A stretch of DNA of 62,207 nucleotides, the filler included, from Rhabdomonas costata (Eukaryota), in assembly GCA_019059605.1 (NCBI GenBank). It is 20 parts of 20 records of this genome, joined end to end, with 100 filler letters (N's around TTAATTAATTAA, not from the genome) between each part and the next. Parts side by side here need not be neighbours in the genome. Positions count along the whole stretch, not along the records: positions 49,871 to 52,880 come from JAHMHO010001553.1; positions 52,981 to 55,989 come from JAHMHO010001554.1; positions 56,090 to 59,099 come from JAHMHO010001555.1; positions 59,200 to 62,207 come from JAHMHO010001556.1; 16 more parts are not named here. The stretch is one strand, 5' to 3'. Below the pieces are notes generated by a model. That model searched no databases. It had not been told where the DNA came from and saw only the letters and a list, made by a program, of their open reading frames with translations. The translations under genes were made by a program, and so were the position numbers. Shown in pieces: positions 50,118-62,207 of this stretch (its first letter is position 1; each line of letters opens with the position of its first letter).

Positions 50118-52424
50118 GTTTACGAGTACATGCTAAGGAAGGAAGCGACCTGCCTTCGTCCCTCCGTTTTCCCAGACGGCGTGGATAGAGAATGGGTGTG
50201 GGGTTCGGGGCAACAGCTAAGGCGAGCCTCCGGGGGAAAGCTCCTGCTGGAGGGCTTGGAGTACACCGAAGAGGCCTTCCGCCACCGTGAGCAGCACCGC
50301 TTTCGTTGCCGCAGCTGTGCCACGGAGTTTTGCGCAGCGTGCGCGGCGGTGCCTTACCACTCCGCAAAGACGTGCGAGATGGTTGGAGTGGGGGTTCCCT
50401 CATCTCCTCTTTGCATATCTGGGGCAGAAAAATGTCTGCGGCTCCAAAGGAAGGCACCACAGAAGCTGCTGGTTCCACCCCTCTCGCATCGAGGTCACCC
50501 AGAGTCCATAAGTGGCTCTAATCGCTGATTTCCTCAAGTGTGTGTAATTATGTATTTTCGCACTTCTGGGATTGAAATAAATCGCTGGCTGAAATGTGTG
50601 CATCCCTTTCCCGTTATCCAAATATCTTCACCTTCATTGCCTTTCTTCTCTTCTCTCTCTCTCTCTTCTCAGTTTAGAAAGTTCCAGGAGGGGGCCTGGC
50701 ATTGCCGGTTCTGCAACGAGCCGGTGGATGAGCCCCCGGGCTCCTCCAAGAAGCGGGCATGCGTGCCCTGCCATCTTCCTGCGCGTTTCATGTTTTTGCT
50801 GTCGTCGTCACAAAGCTGCTCTAGCCTCCCTACCTGTGAACGGTGGTTTCAGCGGATTTCTCAACCGAGTTGTCTCAACCCCCACCTCCCCGCTTCAGGC
50901 AATTCGCAAGTTGGACCACCTGAGGTCAACTGGGCAGCAGTCCACCTTTTGAGTTTTGAAGGCTGTTAGCTCCGGACGATCAGACCCCTTATCAACGGCG
51001 CCGTCAAAGGCCCACTGTGTGGGCGGTGGCAACTTGCTTCTATCGCGATTGCTTTCAAGGCTCACACTTACAAGAAGAGAACGGGGGAAGAGATGGGCCC
51101 GGGCTGGAAATCACTTTCGGGTTCCTGGAGAGTCCCTAATGAACTGCTTCACATCCCCTTCTTCGAACACACCGCTGCGCTTTTCTGCGTGTGGTGTGCA
51201 TGCGTGAGTTTTGCACTTCCGACAGTCCAGCGGCTCTTCCTGGCGTCACGCCTCCTCGACTCCCATCCTTCACTTCCTTTTCACTTTCACCCCACGCCGC
51301 ACACAGAAGTCTGGGCAATGCGTTTGCGCCGCGCCGGAGTGCCAGCAGCGGAGCGAGATGGTCCGTGCATCTCACGTGCCTCTCCCTGCTTTCTGTGCTT
51401 GTAGTTTTTTTGTCATCCTGCGGCCTTCTATGCCGCGGCCCCAAGCTAGCTCTGCTGCGCTTTGTGCTGTTTCGTGTTTGCTGTGGAAAATTTGCATGGA
51501 GACGAGATTTTGAATTTGTGTTGCTGCATCGTCGACCACTTTTTTGTTGTGCACCCTTCGCCAACATCCAGGATTTCACTGCTCCTTTCACTGCTCCTGA
51601 TGCATTTGGCTCACCATTCTTTCCCTTCCGTTGTCTTCGGTGACTGCGGGCTGGTCTGACCAGCGATGTAGTGCTGCTGTGATGCTTTTTGGATAAATGG
51701 GGGGAGGGGGCGTTGGGTGCGTGCAGGCCTGCCCTAAGACCCTGCGGTGCGGGCACCTATGCGGAGGTGCCCATGGGGAGAAGAAGTGCCTGCCCTGCCT
51801 ACACGAGGACTGCAAGCGCCACCTCAGCTCATCTCTGAAGCAGGTTGGGGTGGTGAGGAGGACTGAATGAGGCAGAGGATTTTTTTCTCAGTTCTCTGGC
51901 AACTTGATTATTCTCGATCGGCCATGAAAGTCTCAGCCAAAGATCATAATAGATAAAGGAACAACACTCATAATACAGTACCGAGGCTGAGCGCGAACCT
52001 GGTGAACGGGAATCGCTAGACCAGGAGTCGCTTTCTCCTTACGGGTCCGCCAAGCATTCCGAAACCTCTAATACTCTGAAAAGTCTTGATTTGCAGACAA
52101 GTATCTTCGCCTCCTGTACAGCTGCAGCGAGCGTTTGGTCACTCTAAGTGCAATCCCAGTGCAATGGTTGAAACTGTGATCGACACCCCAATTCGCTCTG
52201 ACCTGAGAAAAAGCCTAAACGAAAGCGAAGGTTACTGTGTCAGCTCTACCCCCTCCCCCTCCTGGGCAGCATGCGGCAACACCATTTCCACATACAGGGT
52301 GGCTCCGACTACTGCGCAATCTGTTACGTGGAGGCCCTCTCCAGTGCGCCCTGTGTGCAGCTGACCTGTGGGCATGTTTTTCACTACCACTGCATCGAGA
52401 AGAAGCTGGCCAACCGGTGGCCCG
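50118..52424 (+). CDS. MYCBP2/Highwire/RPM-1-like C-terminal RING module protein, partial. Exons ~50118-50381, 50673-~50757, 51307-51360, 51727-51843, 52298-52424
   Basis: FRCRSCATEFCAAC..PYH..KTCE; HCRFC; VCAAPECQ; ACPKTLRCGHLCGGAHGEKKCLPCL; DYCAICYVEALSSAPCVQLTCGHVFHYHC..LANRWP. Confidence 0.85.
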
Positions 52425-53439
52425 GTCTGCCGCACATTGCATGCCGCACTCTCAAATCTCTCGACAGAAACCGGACAGAAACCGGCACTCTTCAGCACCC
52501 CCACTCCCCTACCTCACAGAGAACAAGATAGATGGAGAGAAAAATCGCTCATACGAACCGATTGAGGAAAGCCCTTGGCTCCTGACAAACTTTCTCCAGC
52601 ACTTAGGCGATAATGCTCTTCGGCGGATTGACATACAGACACTCATCTGGACCCATCTGGACCCCATGCATGCAAAAAAATCGTTGTGAACAATGCTTCT
52701 GCACTAGTCTGCTGTGATACAGCGTGGCAACTGGTGGCGCCCTGCTGACGCAGGTCTATGGGTCACGAAGGAAGCATCAACCTTCGTGAAACTTCGTGAG
52801 CGCCCAGTCATTTGGTCATGCCGTGCTGGAGTGGAGGGAGCAGGCTGGGTATGGTAGGAATGTCATATGCACCAACCCACNNNNNNNNNNNNNNNNNNNN
52901 NNNNNNNNNNNNNNNNNNNNNNNNTTAATTAATTAANNNNNNNNNNNNNNNNNNNNNNNNNNNNNNNNNNNNNNNNNNNNAGATCAAATGACCTCCGTTC
53001 ATGTCAAGAGGTGCACCAAGGGATTTTCGAGGGTGAGCTTTCTTCGAGACAGGCGTATCCTCTGGGAGGTTTTGGCTCGGCCGAATGACTACACCCGTTG
53101 AAAAAGAAGAGATCTGACTGTTGTTATTTTGCTGCTGTCCGACGACTGCACGATGCTGATTGTATGTTCCCAGGTTCTGGGGGATTTACAGAAGATTGGT
53201 ATGAGAGTTTGCTAGGTTGGCATAGACGCCTCGTGAGAAAATAGAAACACCGCACTGTGGCGTTGCTGCGCGAAGTGACACATGGGCATATTCCATATCA
53301 CGGATTCCAGCTGATATGGGTGGTTCGTACAGTTGACATCATGCCGGCTCTGGAATGATGGCGTGGTTCAGCTGTGCCTATTTAAGGGCAGGCACAATTA
53401 CCTATAATCGCTACCTTTCGACAGACAATGGTGGATCCG

Positions 53440-53475
53440 TTTTTCGTCTTTTTCTCTGCCTGTCTTTTTGCTCAG
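53440..53475 (+). promoter_or_regulatory. Polypyrimidine tract plus CAG acceptor just upstream of ATG 53513 (cis- or trans-splice acceptor)
   Basis: TTTTTCGTCTTTTTCTCTGCCTGTCTTTTTGCTCAG. Confidence 0.5.
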
Positions 53476-53512
53476 GGCTTTTAATGGTTTGGTTTATGTG
53501 CCCTCCTCAACG

Positions 53513-55482
53513 ATGCTCAGACTGTGTTGGGCAGCAGGTTTGCTCTGCGGAAAGGGACAGCTCCTCAGGCCTGCGTTGACTGGAATATTGTCTCGAAGTT
53601 GTTCCCGTGCCGAGGAGTATCGCCCCATGCGTTTCTATTCGCAGTCACTGGGCAGAAACAGGTCTGATGACGAGCAGCTCTCTTGGGAGCTTCACTGCCT
53701 TTTGCAAAGCCCTTCAGACAATCAAACCGCTGAGGATCGAGCCCGGGAGCTAATCTAGTAGAGACTTTGAGCTCTCGATCTCAGCAGGTCAGTGAACTGA
53801 CCGTGCTAAGGTGTGTGAGCGCTTTGTCCAAGTCATCGGAGCACCTTTCCAACCGAAAGCTGTGGGATGCGCTGGTGAAGGCAATTGTGTACCATGTGAA
53901 TAAAGGGCCGGGGTCATCCGAAATCCTATCCAGCAGTCGTTTTATCTCAACCTGTGTCAACAGCTTCTCTAAGGTAGGGAACCTCCCTGACAGTGCTGAC
54001 ACAGACGCTCTGTGGGAATCGCTCTCATCCGCCGCGATTGCTGCTTCGCCACGGATGAGCGCAAGAGAACTAGCAAGCTGTGTGAACGGATTTTCCAAGA
54101 TTCAAATGCTTTTTGACAACCAACGCCTCTGGATAGCCTTGGCGAAAGCTGTGTTGGCAGTGAACTCCCCGTTGGGGTCTCAGGACGTGGCGAATTTTGT
54201 GAATGGGTTCTCCAAAATTGAAGGTCTTTATGGTAGTCGCAAGCTATGGATGGCCATGTCAAAAGCATCTGTTGGTGTGATGTCACAAATGACGCCACAT
54301 CACGTGGCGACCTGCGTGAATGGATTATCCAAGATTAGCATCCTTTTCGGCGACCAGACACTATGGGACTTACTCGCCAAGACAGCCGTCTCTTTGGTGA
54401 ACCAGATGAGCTCGCAAAACGTTACAATCTGCGTGAATGGGTTCTCAAAAATTGAGCTCCTTTTTGACCATGGTGTTTGGGTAGCGCTGGCCAGAAGGAT
54501 GGTGATGGTCAGCCAGTGGACATGGAAACCTCAGCATGTGGCCAACTGCGTGAATGGCTTCTCGAAAGTCAAGACTGTTCTTACATCTCCGAGCCTCTGG
54601 GAAACTCTCGGAAAGGCAGCTGTCTCGTTGCGAAAGCAGATGAACTCGCAAGACGTTGCAAATTGCACAAATGGCTTCTCCAAGGTACCGGCACTGATCG
54701 GTAATCACAATCTGTGGAAAGCTTTGTGTAGGGCCGCCCTTTTAAACATGGAAGAAATGAGCGTGCAGCATGTCGCCAATTGCGTTAACGGTTTTTCAAA
54801 GGTTCAGCTCCTACTTGGGGAGGAACATTTATGGAAATCCTTGAGTACTGCGGCTGTATTTCTTGGGAACGAGATGAGTGCACAGCACGTTTCCAATTTC
54901 GTGAATGGGTTTTCCAAAACTAGGATTCTTACAGACAGAGAGCCGTTGTGGAAAACCCTGGCTCGGAGCACTGTCCTTCTCTCCAAGCAGATGACCTCTC
55001 AAGGCGCTGCAAACTGTGTAAACGGTTTTTCGAAGATCGAGCTCCTTCGTGATGACCGCAAGCTGTGGGGAACGCTTGAGCAATTGGTGATATCTCAGGT
55101 GGAGCGGATGAATGCACAGGAACTGGCGAATTGTGTCAGCGGTATTTCCAAGATCCCATACCTGTGTGAAAAGCGCGAGTTGTGGCAAGTTTTAAGGAAT
55201 GCGGCCCTCCCCTCCAGTCTCGAAAAAGCTATGAACATAACTCCTGTGCACGTGGCGGGGTTCGTCGACGGATTTTCCAAGGCTGATGGACTTGCGAGCG
55301 ATCAAATCCTGTGGAGGGCCTTGAGAGAGGCAGCCGTTGCTGTACAGAAGGAAATGAGCCCCGAGTGTGCGGCCGTCTGCATCAGTGGTTTTGCCAAGGT
55401 CGAGTTTCTGCTCAACCACCACGCTTTTTGGGGAGCGCTACGGAATGCTGCCAGTGGCAAGATGTCTTTTGAAGGAGCCTGA
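53513..55482 (+). CDS. 39-aa helical-repeat protein (OPR/HPR/SKWP-like) with a putative mitochondrial targeting leader; one frameshift at ~53752
   Basis: 13 clear and 1 degenerate repeats, consensus MxxQ[HDE]VANCVNGFSK[IV]xxLxxxxxLWxxLxxA; the upstream frame MLRLCWAAGLLCGKGQLLRPALTGILSRSCSR.. joins if one base is added in CTAATCTA. Confidence 0.8.
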
Positions 55483-58474
55483 AGAGGCTCTGGCTGTATC
55501 CATGGCTTGGTCGGTTTCGGGGTATGGACTGCATCCGGACGCCAGTTCGACTTTCCAAAGACGATAGTATTGACTCCATTTGAGTTTCCGGTGCAACTGG
55601 CGGCATGATACGGTCACACCAGTTTGTTCCAAATTCCGCACGAGAAAATATAGTGTAATCGGTTTTAAAATCCATGCGGGCCATGTCAAACGTGATTAGG
55701 ACACAACTGCAGTGAGCCACGCCCACGGAAAGCTCAGAGAAACGCCTATGCATCGCAGTAAAAGCACTCAACTTTGGCGTTAACGAGCTCACCTCTTGGC
55801 TCCAGTTCCTGAAGCGCTTCTGGAGCGTTTAATGTGGCACAGAAAGAGGAGGACGTCATCATGATAAATGTGCTCATGTTTGCTTGAGCGATGTCCCTTT
55901 CCATTATTGATCACCCATTCTTGTCTGGACAGTTGTTCTGTTTCTAGCTTCAAAGTCAGTCAACAAGTGCCTCCTCATAGCCCCTGCGTNNNNNNNNNNN
56001 NNNNNNNNNNNNNNNNNNNNNNNNNNNNNNNNNTTAATTAATTAANNNNNNNNNNNNNNNNNNNNNNNNNNNNNNNNNNNNNNNNNNNNGTGGTGTGGTT
56101 CAGTTAAGTTTTGTGTGCTTGTGCAGTGGTGTTGGAAAGCGTGGTGATGGGACTGGATGCTTGCGGAGGATGCGGTCAAGCGCAAAGTGGTGCACCAGGG
56201 AGGGGAGCGCTTCAAGCCCGGAGACGGATGGGAGCCCGAGGATGCCCAGAGTTAGGCACCGGTGGACGTACCGCGCTGGTGGCCAGCGGAGGGAAGCTTC
56301 CGCCGCGAGACGCTCCAGGTTGTGCCAAATGGCGCTGAATGCACAGGAGCGATGATGAAGAGAGGAGGGCTGCGGAGACGTGAGTGGGGGGCAGTACGTG
56401 GCGACCGTGGTGTGTTTGCGTGTGGGTGTTTTCGGGTTTCCTCACAAGGAAGCGCGCGAAGAGACAAATAACCAAAGGTGGGCCTCTTTAGCAATAAGAC
56501 AAGCATGACCGTAACAGTGGAAAGCGTCAGAAGCAGTCGGTTTCTGCATCACCTTTGTGTGCTCGCTGCTTCTGAAGGCGGTTGTTGGCAGTTTTGCGAA
56601 AAACAGCCTTTAGCGAAGACGGGGAAAAGCCTAAGAGAGCTCAGAAGCAGGAGAGGATGAGCCGAGGACAGTGAGGGAGGGATCAGCTGGGTTGGTTATG
56701 CTTCGGGTGGATCGACCCTCCAACCGACGAGTGGAAGTACTTCAAATTTTCCCAAATTATACACTGGTGCTTCCCTCACACGTTTCCATTTTCTTCCGTT
56801 TAAGTTAGCTCTCCATGGTTTTTCAGGTGGTCGAAATATTGCACTCTCTGGTACCTTGTAGTTGATCACCGCCCATGCACTCCCCCGCTCTTTTGCTGCC
56901 CTCAGATGCTGCCTTATGGACAAACTCTCCAAGTTATCTCGCGGAAGCTGCCTCCCCTGCAACCACCAGCCCTGCTGCCGAGCCTCTACGGCGGTCTCTG
57001 CTGCCTCCACTTCCGCCCCCGCCTGCCGGGCCCCCAGTGGCCTCCTCCGCCCAAACCCAGGCGGCGGCGTGGAGACGCCGCGCCAGCGCCAACAGTTCCC
57101 CAGGCAACCCTGCAGTGGTGCCCACCGCCAGGCCTGGCGTGGGCTTGGAAAAGAGCCACAGCGAGAGCATTGCCCGCCTTCCCACCACAGGTGTGCCAGG
57201 GGCCTACTTGGTGCCATGCCTTCCTCGCCCGTCCTTCTCACTTCCTCATCGCCATTCTCTCTTGCTTCTTCTTATCAAAGACAGGGTCAAGTTTTGACAT
57301 CAAAAGGAACACCTCCAATGTGCGCGTTGTCAGTCAGCGTAATTCCAACATTCTGTGAGTTGAGGAATGTGTGTTGTATTGGGGGATTGATAGCTGTTGC
57401 ATCATTGGTTTCGACGCACACGCCCGTACACACGCAGTTACACACACTGGCTTGTGTTCGTACTCGGTTGATGCCACAGTTAATGTGTCCATCGATGCCA
57501 CGGCGGCAAGTGGTGCTGGGCCCATCCTCTCTGCGTTGAGTGTTCGGCTCGGCTCGCGAGGATTCAGCTCCGAGCACAGCGCGAGTTCTGGTGCGTCAGC
57601 TTTTGGTGGGGTAAAGCCTTGTTTTGGGTGGGGGCGGTACGCTGAACAATTAGCCGCTGTTTGTGGCATGTATGGGCATTTGAATTTTTGTTTGATAAGG
57701 CGATAAAAGGAAAACAGTTGTTGGTGACACCAAATAAGGAAAAACGGAAGGCAAGTGGACATTTTGACCCGAACCGTCCCTCTTTCTGACAGTTTCTGGC
57801 ATGCCGCATATGTGAAGTCAAAAGTGCTTTCTCTCTCTGAGGTTTTCCGTGGGTTTTTTCCATTCAGAAGCGCGCGTGGCGATCTCGCGGAGGTCCTCGC
57901 GCTCCACAGAGACCGGAAGCCCTGTGCTGCCTCCCAGAGGCTCCCCACTCAGCGCTGGGCTTTGAGTTACGGCATTGCCCCCGTCGCCCTCGTCGGGGCC
58001 CTTCTCTCTTTCCCCATTCAACCAACCCAACCTCAAGACCTTCGCATCGCTCGCCATGATCCGTAGGCTGGCCCCCCGTCCCGTTTTTAGTTTCTTTGGG
58101 CCTCTCCCCACCTTCCCTTCAGCACTTGTGCCCCCTTTGTGGAAGCACATCTTAGCGTACTCATTGCTACCCTCTTGGAAAAAAGCATTAAAGAACAAGC
58201 TGGGGGTGAAGATAATGGTAAGAACAACGTAACAAGGACCTCGCAAAGTACCAAAAAAGACGTGAAAATGGTTAAGACCGGCACCCGCCACCAGAGTGGC
58301 CACGCGACAGGCCGCCTAAACCAGAACCATGTCTTTCGCCAGTCACCACTTGCTCATTTTTGTCAAGGTTCTGCTCGCTCGTGAACAGCGCGGGTGTTGA
58401 AAGGTCAACTTCAGCACTTTTGACGCTTAGCTCTGAAGCACAAATCTTGCCACTTCCGTTATGAATATGTAAAG

Positions 58475-58751
58475 GACCCTGACCACGGTGTACGCCCTGG
58501 AGAAGCAGCCGTCGTCCACCGCCACTAGCAGCTCGTTCCGCAGCGTGCGCTCTGCCGTGGGCCCCCGCTCCCGTAGCGGCGGTTCCGCATATCGCCTGAA
58601 GCCCTCCAAGTCGGTCGCTCCCACTGCCCCGGAGAGTGTCGCCACCACTGCCGAGGAATTATTTGCAGGGCTGCTTGTCGTAATCGTTGATGACAACGCG
58701 ATCAACCGTCTGCTGCTGCAGAAGCTGGTTCAGATATACTTCCCCTGCGAG
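58475..58751 (+). CDS. Response-regulator receiver (REC) domain exon preceded by a Ser/Pro-rich linker (hybrid-kinase-type C-terminus); more linker exons probable at 56875-58066
   Basis: FAGLLVVIVDDNAINRLLLQKLV..FPCE followed by GT. Confidence 0.8.
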
Positions 58752-59605
58752 GTTGTTCTGTTGCCTTTCAGCATTCCATGTCGCTTGGCTTCTGGATGTT
58801 CCCAGACTCATTGGTCCGGAAGGCAACAATCTTAGGAACAATCTTAAGAACAATATCAGGAAACGTGCGTCGTCCCCCGGATCTTAGTCGGTGTCGCTGG
58901 GTTTTCTGCTTATGCCGTGTGAATTAGTGTCTGGAGGACAGAGCACCAACACAAAGAAACGTTCATCGGTTTCCCGACACCTTGCATCCTTTCCATTGCA
59001 TCACAGGAGGGCTGGCAGTAATCTCCCTATGTAGACGAGGCGCATTGATGCCGGACTGCCCATTCACTTTATGGTCCCATTTTGCTCCCCACCCCCACCN
59101 NNNNNNNNNNNNNNNNNNNNNNNNNNNNNNNNNNNNNNNNNNNTTAATTAATTAANNNNNNNNNNNNNNNNNNNNNNNNNNNNNNNNNNNNNNNNNNNNC
59201 GGTACACATGGGCAACTGAACCTCCACACTTTTCATGGGAATGAGGCACAGGATACGAAGGAGTCTAACTTGAAGCCACTGGTAGTTCCTCCATAGTCCA
59301 TGATCTCCCGTATTTGGACTCTCACATTATTCCTGAGCTGGTTATTCACCATGTACCTTCACCCGTATGTTTACCGGCTACCTTTATGTCCATCATAGTC
59401 AGCATCGCCTTGTCATGGAAAAGATACGATTCACGCGGAGCACTCTCATTACACTCCGGGTGGCCTCAAAACCGGCTGGGCGTGTGATTGCAGTTGGAAG
59501 GAAGTGTTCCCCCTCAGTGCAGCACACACCACTTCTCATTTCCCCCGTGCCCAACAAAATCAGAGAAGTAACTGGGATGGTAACAGTCGGACAAAACCCC
59601 GTCAC

Positions 59606-62207
59606 CTGAGGTCCAGCTTCAGTTCTCCCAGCCACGAGGGGTGGACGATGGTGACTCCCTTCATGTACGTCCGCATGGCCGGAGCCTGGGATCCTTCCGC
59701 CGCCCCGCGCCGCATCCGGCGCATCCTTCGGCAAGCCTGCAGGGTGGCGTACACCAGGACCTCCGGGGCGGGGGTAGTCCGGGCCACGCTGGAAGAGGGG
59801 TGTACCCAAAGTAAAGTCCGGGAGGTTAGGTCGACATACGGGGAGCGGCTGGCGAGACTGGCGGAGGCTTCTCGGAAGCGCGCATGGGCCGCAATGCACT
59901 CCGCCTGTGTGGCTCGCCGGGCGATGTGGTCCACTGAGCACGCCGCAATGATCTGTGGTGGTAAGGAAGGGCGGCGGTTCCATACACGATGCACAGAAAG
60001 ACTAGGGATCTGCACTTGGGACTCGGAGAGACGCATCAGAGAAAGTTCCAAAGCGCTTTCTCACTTCGCGTGGCCCTTCTGTCAAGAACCATGAACCCGC
60101 TTTAAGGTTGAAAGATAATATTGGGAGACTCAGCGGCTGATTTTCGTGCAGCTTGATGCACCCACACCCACCTCTTCGCCTGATGGGTGACAAGTTCACC
60201 CTTGTGTCGCAGAAAGATATTTGAAATTTTTAGAAATCAGTGGGGGCTGTTGACCGTTCAGCATCCCCAAAGGGACAGCACTGCTTTGAGTATAACGACC
60301 TGCGCATAACCCCTTGTCAGGTTTGAGCACGAGTGCTGATACTGTATCAGACAACCAAATTGCCAAAGCTGCTCAGCAGGCAGCAGGGTGAGCCGGAAGG
60401 CCTATGGGAGCCCCCCACACACAAACCTTACGAATCAGCATCTCCTGAGTCATCGAGGGCTTGGGCGGGATTCGTATCAGCTCCTCCATCCGAAGCCTTT
60501 CTCGATCCTCCTCCTTGGCCCCCGGCCCTCCCAGCTCAGCTGCTGCTTCTTCGTCCTCAGGATGGACCGGAACCATGGAAGCTGTCCCACCGCCATTTCC
60601 CTTCTCCGGCTCACTGCAGCTGTGAGGGTTCCCGTCCGCCGCGGCGGAAGTGTGGCACAGCAGCCCAATGAGCTGCTGCCGCAGCAAGGCGACCTCCCGC
60701 ATCGTCTTGGACAGCAGGAAGTGCTTCGCACAGAACGCTGTGGGGTTCTTGGCGCCCAAGTAGGCCGTGGTCACCTTCACCAGCATAATCAGCAAAGAGA
60801 TTCACAGTGCTGGCAACGTTGGATTGGAGTTACGGAAGAGATTTGAGACACACACACACACAAACACCGAAATCCAGTTTCCATGCGACTCTTGCTTGAA
60901 TTTCTATGCGTCACGCACACATTGAGTTGGCTGCAAAGAGTGGACACATGTTCGGATACAGTGTGTGTGTTTCCTTTCAGTGTATTCAACGCATAAACAC
61001 ACACAGACGCGAACAAACAAGCTAAGTGAAAGACAAAACGGCCAGGCCACAAAATCGGCAGGAATCCATATAGTGGTATTCACGGTCTACCACGTTGGTC
61101 TCGCAGAGGCGTGATGGTGTGGGCTACACTTGCTCACCCCCACTACCAGACTTCCTCTGTGAGCCTGCTGCTTGGGGCCTGCTGCATCAGGTTGGGTGCA
61201 TGATTTGCCCAGTTCAGTAGCAAAACTTGAGATGAAGGTAGAAAAATCACACGCAGACATAAACACACACACACACACACACACCGCCAGGAAGGTCATC
61301 AAGTCCGAGCCCGCGGAGCTGAACTTTGCCACGACCTTCCTATGCCGCGTCGCCAGCGCACGCCTCCGCAGCTTCTGTAGCTTCGCCCGCCTCCGCTCCA
61401 GAGCCCGCGTCCTCCGCTCCTCTTCTGCTTCCGGCGCGGCTACCGTGGCCTTCCCCTCCTCGCCCGTCCGTGAAGAGTCACCCGCGCCCTCGCTCTTCGG
61501 GGGTGAGGGGTCCCCGGAGAGGCCCTCAGCCTGCTCCTTGGGGGCCTTCGCTCCCCTGCACGAAACATCACCGTAGCAAAGGAGCACCGTCACATGTTGC
61601 TAGGAGTGTGTGGGTGTGTCAAGTGACAGGCATGCACATGAAGCGCCAAAGAAGCGGGGCTACGCTTTGCTGGGATTGGGATGGAAGGAGGGAAACCGTG
61701 GGAAGTATTGGGGAAATAAAGTGAATCTCCCCCAACAGTCACTACGTTTCGGCATACCCTACCCTCTGAAATTGCTGCAACGCAAAAAATTAACAAAGCG
61801 GGGGCGGATGTTTCAAAGATTAGGAGCCCAAGCATCCCTTTGAATTGCCAATCATCGTGTGGAAATCATGATGCCCTACGCTCCTCGCATCAGACGGTCT
61901 CCAGGTGTTGGCGTTCATCTCCCCTAGCCCTCATCAACTATGCAGCAGTCGCTGTTAGCGAAAGCGGAAGCAAACTGAAGCCGAATCAGCACCACCATCA
62001 CCACCACAGGATGGAATTGGACACCTCCGAAGCTCGCTGGGGTCCCTGGGGAGGTGCATGAATATCTCCGTGACCAAGCTGAGGCAGCTCACGATGACCA
62101 CAACGTGGCCCAGCACGGAGCCCTCGGGGCACTGCTGTTGTGCCGCCAGAAGGAGCATCTTCGCAAACCTGTTATTGTTTCGACTCCTTATTACGCTCCA
62201 CACAAAC
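59606..62207 (-). CDS. DHX37: DEAH helicase DHX37/Dhr1 C-terminal half (HA2/OB). Exons ~62170-62055, ~61575-61286, ~60790-60429, 59952-59606
   Basis: RFAKMLLL..; SDLMTFL; FCAKHFLLSKTMREVALLRQQL; PPKPSMTQEMLIRK-IIAACSVDHIARR; WVHPSSSV..PEVLVY; YMKGVTIVHPSWL. Confidence 0.8.

Noticed and set aside
1..62207. rRNA, tRNA or CRISPR arrays; operon-like clustering of two helicases or kinase plus REC
   Set aside because: None recognisable by eye; apparent clustering crosses artificial linkers. Most short six-frame ORFs are chance frames in introns or antisense to exons

Overview
This window is not one locus. It is an artificial concatenation of 20 short (~3.01-3.03 kb) eukaryotic contigs joined by 100-bp linkers (44 N + TTAATTAATTAA + 44 N), so gene neighbourhood across linkers means nothing. 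The DNA is intron-rich (mostly GT-AG, a few candidate GC-AG) and looks like a protist nuclear genome; a euglenozoan affinity is my inference only. Contig termini are G/T-only at 5' ends and A/C-only at 3' ends, and two closely match a GenomePlex/PicoPLEX-type primer (recalled from memory). This points to whole-genome-amplified material and makes end-of-contig foldbacks suspect. Recognisable partial genes: RanBP1, meiotic MSH4 (with a 9-nt microexon), a Cache-HAMP receptor (probable cyclase), a PRT1-like RING E3, a GDA1/CD39-like protein, ankyrin, a DEAH helicase with RRM-like and DnaJ-type zinc-finger modules, a histidine kinase and a receiver domain, a MYCBP2-like RING protein and DHX37. Mobile DNA includes a Dam-type N6-adenine methyltransferase remnant on the same contig as a Ty3/gypsy integrase, MITE-like elements and a 3-kb palindromic contig. 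The best novel candidate is an intronless protein of ~13-14 tandem 39-aa helical repeats (OPR/SKWP-like). A single frameshift joins it to a mitochondrial-targeting-like leader, making it a possible sequence-specific organellar RNA-binding protein. All family calls come from motif recognition by eye; no database search was run.
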